Part shown: piece after piece, positions 50,344 through 62,772 of the stretch
Numbering within the stretch: position 1 is the stretch's first letter
How the letters are laid out: every line of letters starts with the position of its first letter
From: Octopus vulgaris
Lineage: Eukaryota
NCBI GenBank assembly: GCA_951406725.2
Contig: OX597837.1
Span: 17,112,001-17,176,000 of the forward strand
DNA: 64,000 bases
Direction: 5' to 3'
Position numbers and translations under genes: made by a program
The notes under the pieces: generated by a model
What the model was told of the DNA's origin: nothing
Database searches by the model: none
Seen by the model: the letters and a program-made list of their open reading frames with translations, nothing else

Positions 50344-50802
50344 ATATATATATATATATATATGGCCATACATTGAAATTGCCCCTAAGAAATAATATAC
50401 ATAGATCTGCTTGTTCCAGTTTAATGGACTGACAAAATATCCAGGTTTCATTGTTACTTCATGGCTGGGTTGTTAGGGGTAAGAAAAGACACCTATTCCA
50501 ACTATGCTAATATAGATAAACAAGATGTAAAATAGTCTGGAAAAAAGTGGTGAGAGGACAAAGATAGAGAAGCATCAGCTCTCTATGATTCAAGGTATTT
50601 GAGCTGCTCTTAGTTCCTAGTAACAACAATTTCCCTTCACTTCATTGCTGTCACCAGCACTCTTTTGGAAAAGCATCACTATTCCAACTTTAATTTCTCT
50701 TGCATGTCTCCAGAAGTGGTTATTGTTGTTAATGTTTTCTTAATCACTAAGAACAATAAACATTGATGTTGAGTCAAATATATTACTGTTCTTGAATAGT
50801 AA

Positions 50803-51620
50803 ACAGGGTCCCCCACTCTCTTATCTGGTGGCCAATATGGTAGCTAGGGATTGGTGAGAGCTGTAAAAGCCATGTTACAGGGATGCTGTTAGTAAGGTGA
50901 AAGTTGCCAATGAGTATAGCAAGGAATTTAGTGTACAAGTAGGAGTCTCAGCCCACTCTTGTTTATAATAGTTCTCCAAGCTTTAACAGGAATTTTAGAC
51001 TGACCTCCCTTAGGAGCTCCTCTATGTTGATGATCTTGTTCTTATCACTAAATCACTACCAGAACTAGAGAAGAAATTTCAGGTATGAAAGCAAGGCCTG
51101 GAATTAAAGGGCTTTAGAGTTAATTTAGAAAAGACCAAACTTACAGTCCCCCTTCTGGGAGATGACTCTGCTTAATGTGTAGAAAAGGTGTTAGGAGAAA
51201 CACGATACAGTGAATCCAGTGCAAGTTATGGACACATAAGAGGTTCCCCAGTATTACTGGAAGACTAACAGAGAAAGTGGTTTTTACATGTGGAAAATAT
51301 GCTGGTACATTAAACACCAGGAATGTCAGAGGGATCCTTAGAAATAGCAGACAGTTTCGATTATTTATGTGACCAAGTTAGCAATAGTGAAAGTTGTTCT
51401 GAAAGCATAGATGCTAGAATAAGAATCTTGCAGGCTTGTAGGTGCTGGTGCCACATAAAAACACCCAGTATACTCTGTAAAGTTGGATGGCATTAGGATG
51501 GGCATTGCAGCCATATAAACTAGGTGAAAACAAACATGGAGCCTGGGTAGTTCCCCAGCTGGCCAGCTCCCGTCATACTGTCCTACTCAGGTCAGCATGG
51601 AAGACATGTTAAATTATGAT
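50803..51620 (+). mobile_element. Older, more decayed RTE fragment (family 1)
   Basis: ELLYVDDLVLI, LWTHKR, decayed 3' tail. Confidence 0.75.
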
Positions 51621-52266
51621 GAATCTATCACCTGCTTTAACACCACTTCTTAGCCCTTGGGTGCCTTTAATAGCCTCAGAGCCTCTATAAAAAGGTCTGT
51701 GGGGCGTGGTACTGTCCTTCCTTCTCTAAAAAAAAAGAAAAGAACCCTCAACAACCTACAGAAAAGGAGCTATGAGACTATAATTTCAAAGCCATAAACT
51801 GTAAAATTTAACTAATTGAAAATCCACTCAATTTCATGGAGTTGGGACCCTTGCCTGTCTGCATTCTGTGGTGTTAAATGAGAAATAAATCTTTGTTTGG
51901 GATCAGAACACTAATCTACTAAAAGTGGCTTTCCCAAAATTTGCTTTTATTTATTCCATGAAAAAGTAGATGAGCTGAACCATGTGGGATAGTGTTTTAT
52001 TCACAGATACTATAAAATGTGTGCAGTGTACATGGTTTGTAGAGTTTACTACTTTGTCATCTCTGCTAATTCACTTTGACACCAAGAAGTCCCTGATGCA
52101 TTGTCTTAATTGTATTTAAGCTCAGTTAAAAATATTTTGTATTTTAAACAACAAACAAATGATTTTCTTGAAGATTAATTGAAACTTTTCCTTTTTATTT
52201 TCTCATTTTCTTCTTGTGTATTTTAAATTTCTTTTTTTTTTTCTCTGTGTATGTTCCATGGTCCAG

Positions 52267-52355
52267 TGTCAACTGGATAGTCACTATCAACAACATCGGC
52301 AGCCAGATGGTCGAGATGCTTGAGTTATCTCTTTCCTGTAAAACAGAACATCGTC
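52267..52355 (+). CDS. TRAPPC9: TRAPPC9 internal coding exon (window exon 11)
   Basis: gtccag|...|gtaagt; 89 nt, VNWIVTINNIGSQMVEMLELSLSCKTEHR (cf. LIIKLENIGMEPLEKLEV); phase 2/1. Confidence 0.87.
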
Positions 52356-52391
52356 GTAAGTCTACTCCCTTTATATGTATCTCTCTCTCTC

Positions 52392-52438
<47 letters not shown>

Positions 52439-53399
52439 TAATGAGCAAAAACAACAAAAAAAAACACAGCAAAAGGGACAAAATCACTCCCACTCACCCG
52501 TATATAAATGTAGGGTAGCCATGTATCTTCTCCTTAACAAGAAACCTGGTATAAAATTTCCTCAAATACTACCCCAATTAATGAAGGGGACTTTCCCCTT
52601 TTCCATTTTGTTCCTTTCTTGTCTTGCAAGTTACTTGGCAACCCTACTAGTACCAGTGGCATAAAAATAGAAATAGGGTGTAAAGTGGTTAGCATTGAAA
52701 ACGACATCCAGCTGTAGAAACCATGTCAAGGCACAATGCAGCCCTGTGACTCACCAGATTTTGTCAAAGCATCCAACTCATGGCAGCATGGACAATTGAC
52801 ATCAAATGATGATGATTATGACAAATATGCTCATGCATACACACACACACACAGTTAGGCTCTTGTCCCATTTCTGTCATTGATTCAGTGTGATACATAT
52901 CACATGGAAAATAATTAAATACACCAATGAGGAAAATGGAAAATTAATCAGATCAACAAAATTTATGAACAAAAAAAAAACTATAAGTTGTGTGTGCTTG
53001 CTCTACTATATTTGCCAAAAGTTATACCTGCCTGTTGTTTCAGTTACATTTTAATAAGTAGCCTTCTGCTATTATAATTTAGCAGTTTGGGAAAAAGAAT
53101 TGAGTGAAACCTGATGAATTCTTGAATAACAAGATTGATTTGATTGCACAACCCCGCTAGTATTTTGTTGTTGTGATGTTTTTACCTGATTTAAACATAT
53201 TTTTGATATGCTGAAATCCAAAAATGGAATCCATTTTTTACTATCACATTTAGATTTCAATATACCCAAACCCCCAATTCTTGCAATTTTCCTCAATTTT
53301 CAGTAAAATGTATTGTTTATCTGTGAAATTTAGTACAAAACTTTGTGATCATGATGACCAGGAAGTATCAACTGAGCCAGAGGAAGCCGTAGATGATCA

Positions 53400-54445
53400 A
53401 GATTACTTTGGTACTGGCTCATCAGTCTAACAGCTACTTGGATCAAAATGAACTCAGTGACATGGTAAAGGACTTGATTAAAGGGAAAACGCCTTCTTAA
53501 AGAAGACACAAAAGTTACCTATCACACTAGGGATGCTGAATTTCCCCTATTCTTCAAAGCAAATGAAGAGTTAAGTGCATCACTCAAACATTGAGGGACT
53601 ACTTCAGAAGATGGGATTAGTGGAATTTGATGTAAGTGATTGGTGCTTTTTAATTGATAGCTCGAAAAGAAGTTTAAAATGCATTCTGTTTTGTAATGGA
53701 AATATATTGGTGTCTATTCCAATTGCTCACTTTACAAAACTAGCAGGGAAATATGAAGTCATGAAAGCAGTGCTAGAGAAAATTAAGTACAACAATCACC
53801 AGTGGATGATATGTGTGGACTTTAAGATGGTCAATTTTCTCCTAGAGCAACAAAGTAAATAGACCAAGTATCCATGCTTTTCTATGTATGTGAGACAGTA
53901 GGGCTAGGAAAAAACAGTTATAAAAGAATGGCCACAGTGAACATTAGTTCCAGGGTTTATGTAGTTGAAGAGCCTTTACTTCAACTGGGAAAGATCATCC
54001 TACCTCCACTCCATATCAGACTTGACATTATGAAGCAGTTTGTTAAAACTCTGGATAATGATGGACCATGCTTTCACTGCATGTGCAATACATTTCTCAG
54101 TCTGAGCAGTAAAAAGATAAAAGCTGGAATATTTCATGAGTCTCAAATCAGAAAATTGATGAAAGATGGATATTTTGTTAATTCAATGAATTGCATTGAA
54201 GTGGCAGCTTGGAATTCAATTGTAATAGTTGTAAATGACTTTCTGAGCAACAAGAAAGCAGTCAACTATGCCAAAATGTACTGGAGAACTTTCGAGCATA
54301 AAGCTGCACTGTCTCCACAGTCATCTTGATAAATTCTCTGGAAACTTTGGTGACTTAAGTGACATGCAGAGGACATCAAATCAATAAAACAAAGTTTATC
54401 AAAGCAGATCAGACATACATATGATGGCAGACTATTGCTGGAACT
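53400..54445 (+). mobile_element. Decayed DNA transposon, probably Chapaev3 (CMC) type
   Basis: WMICVDFKMVNFLL, TKYPCF, LPPLHIRLDIMKQFVK, KIKAGIF, LHCLHSHLDKF, MMADYCW; family assignment from recalled motifs. Confidence 0.6.
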
Positions 54446-55034
54446 ATGGAGAAAATCACATCTTTGATTGTAGAATTCACTTTACTAGGCTGACATAGAA
54501 AATATCATTGAAATTGATATTTCTGAAAATACATGTTCACGCATTCCCAAGGCAATCCAAAATTAGTTTTATTCAAAGTGAACTGAGAGAACATTTTCAG
54601 TACACAAACACATACAAAAAGAATGCTAAGGAGAAATATAATCTAAGAAAGTCTATTTTTCTATTCAACTCTTTGTGATGTCAGTGGATAATGAAAGATT
54701 AAAAAATAAACATAAGAACTCTATGTTATAACAATTAGAAACAGAGATTTTACGCCACAACAATTATCTGTTTATCAAATATAGTAAACTTTTTTAGAAA
54801 AATTATGCTTATATAACATATGAAAAGCAATTATAATTAAGAACTGGAATGTTTAAATGCCTTTCAAAATTTGTGGCAGCATTTCATTGTAAAATTTCCA
54901 TTAAAATTTAATAAAATTAATTTAGAAGTAATTATATAGTACATTTTTTCAAGGCAAAGATCACATGTAGAATTGCCAATATTGTACGATGGTGTATAAG
55001 TAAAAATTGACCACTTTAAATAATACTTAATGTA

Positions 55035-58000
55035 AAGTCTTCTGGCAAGGTAACATGGATGGTGTAGTGGGTGTAGGCATTCGCCTTGCGGAGAAATGGG
55101 TGGATAAGAGTGTTGTCAGGGTTTGCGATAGAGTGCTTAAGCTCAGGTTAGTCCTACAGAGTGGCACAGCTACGATTATCTCCGCCTATGCCCCACAAGC
55201 GGGACTACCAAATGATCAGAAGGACCACTTTTATGATACCCTTCTACAGGCTACCTCAAAGACTAGTGGCAAGGACCTCATCTTTGTGGGTGGAGACTTT
55301 AATGGGCATGTTGGGCGGGAATCGGGTATCTTCACCTGGGGTACACAGTGGCCATGGTATTGACACCAGAAATGATGAGGGAACTAGACTACTGGAATTC
55401 TGTGATGCATGCAACCTTTTAATCTGCAACACTAACTTCAAGAAGCCTGACTGCCACCTTATAACCTATCAGTCAGGAGACTCCGCTAGCCAAATAGACT
55501 TCATCCTCACCAGACAGCAGGATGCAGGGTCGCTCTTAAATACAAAGACCCTCCCGGGTGAAGAATGTATCCCTCAGTATAGGCTAATCATTAGTGACTT
55601 TAAGCTTGAAACCAGAAGGACTCCAAGAAACAAACCAATCCAGAAAAGAAGGATTTGGAAGCTAAAGAACCCTTCACGTGGTCAGAGATTTAGGGACATC
55701 CTCATCAAGAAATTTGATGAGAGGGAGGAGGAGCTTCAGACATTGGACATAGAAGGTAGCTGGGAATTCCTATGGGACAGCTTGCTGAGTGCCACAGACC
55801 AAGTCTGTGGATGGTGCAAAGTCCCTTCCAGACCTAGAGTTACGTGGTGGTGGAATAGTGCAGTAGACAAAGCCATTAGTGCAAAGAAACAGGCCTGGAA
55901 AGCCTGGAGAGATGAGGGTAGCAGGGAACTGTACCAGGTAGCCAAAAGGGAGGCTGTGCGGCAGGTATACATAGCCAAAGATGTAGCAGAAAAGAAGAAG
56001 TTTGCCAATGTCCAGCGACGTGAGGACCAAAGAGCTGAGGTATTTCGGATTGCCAGACAGTGTGTGAGAGAAAATAGTGATGTTACAGGAGAGAAATGTG
56101 TCCGCATGGATGATGGGGCACTTGCTTTTAATGTTGGTGAAAAGAAAGAGGCTTTCTTGTTGACCCAGTAGAGGGACCAGCTATCCGAATAGACAGCTCC
56201 CTTGTAGTTAAGGCAATTAAGCCCCCGGCCCATCAGAAATCACTGCTGAGATGCTTAAAACAGCTGGCTATGGGGGCTATGGCCTAGTCACCCGCATTGT
56301 AAACCAGGTAGTTCATAATGGAGTCATACCCAATGACTGGCATAGCAGCACCATAGTCAACTGCTACAAGGGTAAGGGTGATGCTCTAGATAGAAATAAC
56401 TACAGGGGTATTAAACTGTTGGATCAGGTGATGAAGGTCACAGAGAGGATCATAACCCATCTCATTAGGGAGAGAATTTGCTTAGATGAGATGCAGTTCG
56501 GTTTTGTGCCGGGTAGAAGCACCACTGATGCTATATTCCTGGTCTGACAACTGCAGGAGAAGTCCCTAGCTAAAGATAAACCCCTCTACATAGCTTTTGT
56601 GGACTTGGAGAAAGCCTTTGACAGGGTCCCCCGATCCCTTATCTGGTGGTCGATGTGGAAACTGGAGATTGACGAATGGCTAATAAGGGCTGTACAGGCC
56701 CTATACAGAGAGGCTGTCAGCAAGGTTAGGATTGGCAACGAATATAGTGAAGAATTCCGGGTAGAAGTAGGTGTACACCAAGGCTCAGCCCTCAGTCCCC
56801 TTTTATTCATCATAGTCCTCCAGGCAATAACAGAGGAATTCAAAACAGGATGCCCCTGGGAGCTCCTCTATGCTGATGACCTGGCTCTCATAGCAGAATC
56901 ACTACCAGAACTAGAAAAAAAATTTCGGGTGTGGAAGCAAGGGTTAGAATTAAAGGGCCTTAGAGTAAATGTAGCAAAGACCAAAGTTATAGTAAGCAGA
57001 AAGGCGAACTCAGCACACACACCCTCGGGCAGGTGGCCCTGCTTGATCTGTAGGAAAGGTGTAGGTAGAAACTCCATAAGATGCATCCAGTGTAAGCTAT
57101 GGACGCATAAGAGGTGCAGCAACATCAAAGGGAGATTAACTGATAAGATAGCTTTATGTGCGGCAGATGCACAGGGACAATAGACACCACAGATACTCAG
57201 GAAACAGATTCCATCACACTCCAGGGGGAGAAACTAGAAGTAGTTGATAGTTTCTGCTAGCTGGGTGACCAAGTTAGTAGTGGAGGTGCATGCTCAGAGA
57301 GTGTCACCACTAGAATACGAATAGCGTGGGCAAAGTTCAGAAAGCTCCTACCCCTACTGGCGACAAAGGGTCTCTCGCTCAAAGTGAAAGGTAGATTGTA
57401 TGACGCATGTGTGCGAAATGCCATGCTTCACAGTAGTGAAACATGGGCTGTGACTGCAGAGGACATGCGTAGACTTGAAAGGAATGAAGCTAGCATGATC
57501 CGCTGGATGTGTAATGTCAGTGTGCGCGCACGACAGAGGGTAAGCACCCTGAGAGAAATGCTGGACATAAGAAGCATCATATGTGGTGTGCAAGAGCGAC
57601 GCTTGCGATGGTATGGTCATGTACAGCGGATGGATGAGGAGAGATGTGTGAAGAAGTGCCACTCCCAAACAGTTGAAGGTATCAGAGGGAGAGGTAGACC
57701 CAGGAAGACATGGGATGAGGTAGTCAAGCATGACCTCAGAGCATTGGGCCTCACTGAGGCAATGGCGAAGGACTGAGATCTCTGGAGATATGCTGTGACT
57801 GCAAAGACCCGGGCTGCTTCCTGCACCAGTTCCGCATAGCCCCTGCCCATTCAAAGTACCTTGGATTCCAGAACATCCTGCTGTGCTTGAGGAGACCTGT
57901 TGAGTCAAGTGCATGAACATCGAAATAAATATCAATGGAAATAGTAGTTGTGATACCCGTGCTGGTGGCACATAAAAAGCACCATCCGAACGTGGCCGAT

Positions 58001-58276
58001 GCCAGTGCCGCCTTGGCTGGCTTCCGTGCCGGTGGCACGTTAAAAGCACCAACCGATCGTGGCCAATGCCGAAACCCCCTGGCATCTGTGCAGGTGGCAC
58101 GTTAAAAGCACCCACATCACTCGCGGAGTGGTTGGCGTTAGGAAGGGCATCCAGCTGTAGAAATTCTGCCAGATCAGACTGGAGCCTGGTGCAGCCCCTG
58201 GCTTCCCAGACCCCGGTCGAACCGTCCAACCCGTGCTAGCGCGGAAAACGGACATTAAACGATGATGATGATGATG
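55035..58276 (+). mobile_element. Long RTE LINE (family 1), least decayed copy here
   Basis: 336-, 194- and 130-aa ORF pieces with GGDFNGHVG, SQIDFIL, QFGFVPG, ELLYADDL, Cys/His finger; (GAT)n tail; still has stops and frameshifts. Confidence 0.93.
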
Positions 58277-59049
58277 AAATCCCAAATGCATTTACTAATG
58301 CATTTGGGATTTGTAGAATTAGCTTTTCTTCTATACTTAAATGAATGAGAAGGATTATGAAATCTTGATTTCCAAATTGCAGCAGATGAACCTATGTAAT
58401 AATACAATCTCCTGTTATTACCTTACACTGATAGGCTACATTTTTACTTAAACACTGATTTTCTAAAGAGCAGACAAATTTGTTTTTACAATTACACAGA
58501 CAATTATTCTCTTGTATTTGGTACTTGTGGTTAAAAGAATTGTTACTAGTCCTCTCAAAATTAGGTGTTAAAGCAGGATTATTATATTATAATTAATATT
58601 AAAACTAGGTGTTAGCATAACTGTATTATTAGAATCAGAATTACTTTTACTTAAAGAATTGAAATGCAGTTCACAATACACATTATTGATTTTACTCTTG
58701 TTCATAGATTTTGAATTGAGATATTCCCTGATTTTCTGTTTATTGTGTGCTGCTATAATCTCAGCTAAATTTGCAGTGGTTGATTACACAAACTTTATAC
58801 TATGGCCATTAAATAATTTCCCGTATTTACTTGAAGGTGGAAAATACTTATCTAGTGCAGCAAAGAATTTTTTAGAAATATTGGTGGCTATTGATTACGT
58901 GAATGCATTATACCAAATAATATTCTTTCTGTTATATATATATATATATATGCTTTTCTTAGTATTAACATTATTAATTTTGGATTTTTTCCTATTGTAA
59001 TTCTTATTAAGTTTATAAATATTATTTCTATTATTATTATTAAAGTTTA

Positions 59050-60400
59050 TATCAACTATATATTTACTATCTACAGCATTACATCTATTCTTTTCAATAA
59101 TGAATTCATGTTCAATATTTGTATCATTATTCTTCTTTCTTTTATTTAGCTTAGTTAAAGAAGATTGCCTGCTTCATTTATTTCTATTCTTATATTTATT
59201 TTTATTACACTCACTTTGAAGGTCCATCTTATTGAATATTCTATCATTTCTGGGAATTTTATTATTATTATTTTGATTCTGGATATAGGAAATTTTGTTT
59301 TTATATCCAGCTTCAAATAATATATGGTTGTAGTAATTTTGAATTTGCTTAAATACATCCTCATTAACCGAAAGCCTCAAAATATGAGTTGTTTTTTTAA
59401 TGATAGAATTTATGATGCTTCTTGGATGATTAGAATTTTTTATTCACATACCTTAAGCACTTATTTGGTTTATGATAAGGTTGGTATAGTCTAGTACTTA
59501 AATCCAGATTGACATCAAGGAAAGTAACCTTTGTATAATCAATTTCAATCTAGATATAGTATGTTCAAAGAATTTTTTTTTCTGGACCCTTCTAAATTAA
59601 CCTTATTGGATCTATAAATAGTGAGTAGAGTGTCATCTCTATATAATCCATTCTCTAATTCAGGAATTAATTCTCTAATTCTATCATTAAAAAAAATCTA
59701 CTCATATTTTGAGGCTTTTGGCTAATGACGATATATTTAAACAAAATCAAAATTACTATAACTATGCATTATTTGAAACTGGATATAAAAACAAAATTTC
59801 CTATATCCAGAATGAAAATAATAATAAAATTTCTGGAAATAACGTTAGGTAAGTTAGAACTTAATAGTGAGTGTAATAATAATAAAGATAGAAGTAAATG
59901 CATCAAACAATCGTTTTCAAGGCGTGGCTGTGTGGTAAGTAGCTTGCTTACCAACCACATGGTTCCAGGTTCAGTCCCACTGCGTGGCACCTTGTGCAAG
60001 TGTCTTCTACTATAGCCTCGGGCCAACCAAAGCCTTGTGAGTGATTTGGTAGACGGAAACTGAAGGAAGCCCATCATATGTATATATGTATGTGTGTGAG
60101 TATATGTTTGTGTGTCTGTGTTTGTCTCCCCAACATCGCTTGTCAACCAATGGTGGTGTGTTTACGTTCCCGTAACTTAGCAGTTCAGCAAAAGGGACCG
60201 ATAGAATAAGTACTAGGCTTACAAAGAATAAGTCCTGGAGTCGATTTGCTCGACTAAAGGCGGTGCTCCAGCATGGCCACAATTAAATGACTGAAACCAG
60301 TAAAAGAGTAAGAGTAAAGCTGAATAAAAGAAAGAAGAACAATGATACAAATGTGAATGGTAAAAAATATGTATTGAAGATGAATTTATTATTAAAAGAT
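59050..60400. mobile_element. Penelope-like RT fragment (minus, ~59050-59685) with an inverted partial duplicate (plus, ~59690-60400)
   Basis: Minus strand GLYRDD (59634-59651), VTFLDVNLDL, PYHKPN, SNHPRSII; plus-strand block mirrors 59110-59400. Confidence 0.75.
59921..60317 (+). mobile_element. Full-length tRNA-derived SINE (family B, CORE-like ACCTTG-GCAAGT segment)
   Basis: GGCGTGGCTGTGTGGTAAG (A box), GGTTCAGTCCC (B box), internal TA/TG microsatellite, AAGAGT-type tail; partial copies at ~7695-7793, 9385-9540(-), 18380-18510(-), 20615-20780, 26780-27010, 36080-36205(-), 40480-40815(-). Confidence 0.82.
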
Positions 60401-60469
60401 ACAGATCTAACTCTAGATACTAAGTATATTGTTGGTATAAACATTGAAAATAATAATTTCAAATTTTGG

Positions 60470-60940
60470 CAAGAGGCCAGCATTTTTGGAAGAAGCCCAA
60501 CATCTCCCTCAGGACCAAGATCCATCTTTTCCACATGCTAGTTCTGCCTGTACTTCTCTACAGTATCAAGACTTGGACAATCCTCAAACAAGACCTGAAC
60601 AAGTTCAAGGTGTTCTTTGCAGTGTTCTCATCAGATTCTTGGTGTCTCTCTATGTGACCAAATCTCAAACAACATCTGAGAACAATGCCAGCAGCAGCAC
60701 TGGTCATTGAAGACTGAGTCTGGCAGCGCAGGCTATGGCAGTTTGGCTACATCAGCAGGATGAGGACTGGAAGACTACAAAACCAACTTTTGTGGCGGCA
60801 GTAACCCATACACTGAAGAATGCAGCATTGCACACCAAAGAAGACAGGCAAAGCAATTTGAGGAAGACCTGAAGTCACAGTGCCTTGACATCAAGCATAC
60901 TAAGGCCAGCACCATAGATTAGAAAGCATGGAATAACATC
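60470..60940 (+). mobile_element. Decayed RTE-type 3' fragment (third family)
   Basis: WKKPNISLRTKIHLFHMLVLPVLLYSIKTWT motif. Confidence 0.6.
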
Positions 60941-62087
60941 ATCACCAGAGTCCATCATTCAGTAGCACCACAGTAGCATATTAGTTGAGAGGAAAACCTC
61001 ACCCTCAGGTCTCCAGCTAGGGATTTTACTTACTTATTCTGTCATTATTATTTTTTTAATAAGTCCACTGGTTTTTGCAACACCAATGCATGAATAGACA
61101 CTGATATTCTATATATCATTGACAGATTTAGTTGTCATGCTGCTGCTAGACATCTGTCACTAAGGAGCTCATAGTAGGGCAAAATCACATGATCTAGCAG
61201 TTTTGGCAGCCATACCAGATGGTTCTTGTCTGTCAGTGTAATTGCATTTGCTTTTATGCACTATGAGTTTCTCTCTCTATGTGTGTGCATGTTTCCATCC
61301 ATCTCTGCTCATTATTCCTGGGAGAGTTATGGGGTTAGAGTCCTCATGCGCTTCCTCCATAGAGTTCAGTCCTATTATAAGCAACCATCATTAAACTTTC
61401 CAGCTGGATTCCCAGGCAAGACCAACTGAAACTATGAGACTAAAAATATTATCAACCATCTCATTCTTGGTCTACCCCTAGGTCTCCTGCTGTCTTTCCT
61501 ATGACGTTCTAATCACATATCTATGGTAGCAGAGCTATGACATCTCAATGCAGGGAAGTGGAAGCTTTACCTGGAGAGACTCTGATCTCTGAGCTATGCA
61601 GATTTTCAAGCAATGTGACTTCAGAGATCCTTCGGAGGAACTCCATTTCAACCACTTGTATTTATGATCAAACTCTTTTAGTGTTTTTACACACACACAC
61701 ACACAAATATATGTACATATATGTGTGTGTCTGTCTACCCTTGCCTTGATATCATCTAATGGTTATAAATGAGCATCACCATCATACAAACAATGTTATT
61801 TGTTTCCAGTCTTCCAAGGAAAACATGTCTGACATGGGAAATATTACCTTACTTGGCAACAGGAAGGGTATCCAGATAGAAAATCTGCTTCAACAAATTC
61901 CATTTGACCCATGTAAGCATGGAAAAGTGGACATTAAATGATGATAGTGGTATACCATATGGATGAATTTTTCCTACAAAACTTTGCATACAAACTTTGT
62001 TAACATCTTGTATTCTTTACTTTCCCTATTGTTAATACAGTTTTTATAATGTATGTTGATTTCTTTATCCACCTACTTAGCTTACAT

Positions 62088-62325
62088 TATCATCATCATC
62101 ATCATTAACGTCTGCTTTCCATGCTAGCATGGGTTGGACGCTTTGACTGAGGACTGGTGAAGCAGATGGCTGCATCAGGCTCCAATCTGATCTGACAGAG
62201 TTTCTACAGCTGGATGCCTTTCCTAACGCCAACGACTCCGAGAGTGTAGTGGGTGCTTTTATGTGCCAGTCAGGCGGTACTGGCAACGGCACGCTCAAGT
62301 GGTGCTTTTTAAGTGCCACCTGCAC
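62088..62325 (-). mobile_element. RTE family-1 3' terminal fragment
   Basis: (CAT)n tail and CTACAGCTGGATGCC-TTCCTAACGCCAAC. Confidence 0.8.
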
Positions 62326-62595
62326 ATTATGAATAGATATTTTAGGAATAATTGTCCTTATCCAGCCCTCAAGATTTAGTGTATGCTTCAATTTGGCCTG
62401 TGAAACTAAATGAATTTGACATCCCTGATGTTGATGTTTGTAGATAATTTGGAGTCCCAATAACTACTGTTATCTTTAAAACTTGTCAACAATAGTAAAA
62501 ACAATATATACCAAGAATTAGATTAAAAATCTAATCATGCTTTAAGATTTTGTAGTGTCTACTTTTTCTTGAGATTTCTGTTTTTCATTTTACAG

Positions 62596-62733
62596 GTGCT
62601 TTACAAAAAGTGGTGCTATGGAACCAGGAAGCTATTAACTGCCAGCTTCCTCTAAAGCCTGATGAATCTACTAATATCCCTGTCAGTCTTAATGGTTATA
62701 ACTATTTCAATTCAGACTTGGATTACTCTGATG
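62596..62733 (+). CDS. TRAPPC9: TRAPPC9 internal coding exon (window exon 12)
   Basis: ttacag|...|gtatga; 138 nt, ALQKVVLWNQEAINCQLPLKPDESTNIPVSLNGYNYFNSDLDYSD (cf. LSWKLEETLAQFPLQPG); phase 1/1. Confidence 0.85.
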
Positions 62734-62772
62734 GTATGAACCTTTGTTATTTATTGTGTAAAGAAAGATATA

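Noticed and set aside
53112-53145. CTGATGA followed by a small hairpin TCTTG/CAAGA
   Set aside because: No GAAA box or stem III follows; similar partial hits at ~24255 and ~30667 were also rejected
57354-58229. 291-aa minus-strand ORF and similar MDGSTGVW... ORFs (7040, 49917, 43518)
   Set aside because: Antisense reading of the GC-rich RTE 3' region; lengths and frames are not conserved among copies
55035-58276. Potentially active full-length RTE
   Set aside because: 5'-truncated, with frameshifts (~55320-55360, ~57160), a deletion near 56155 and in-frame stops
59921-59990. tRNA gene
   Set aside because: A/B boxes are present but no proper cloverleaf is evident; it is a SINE head
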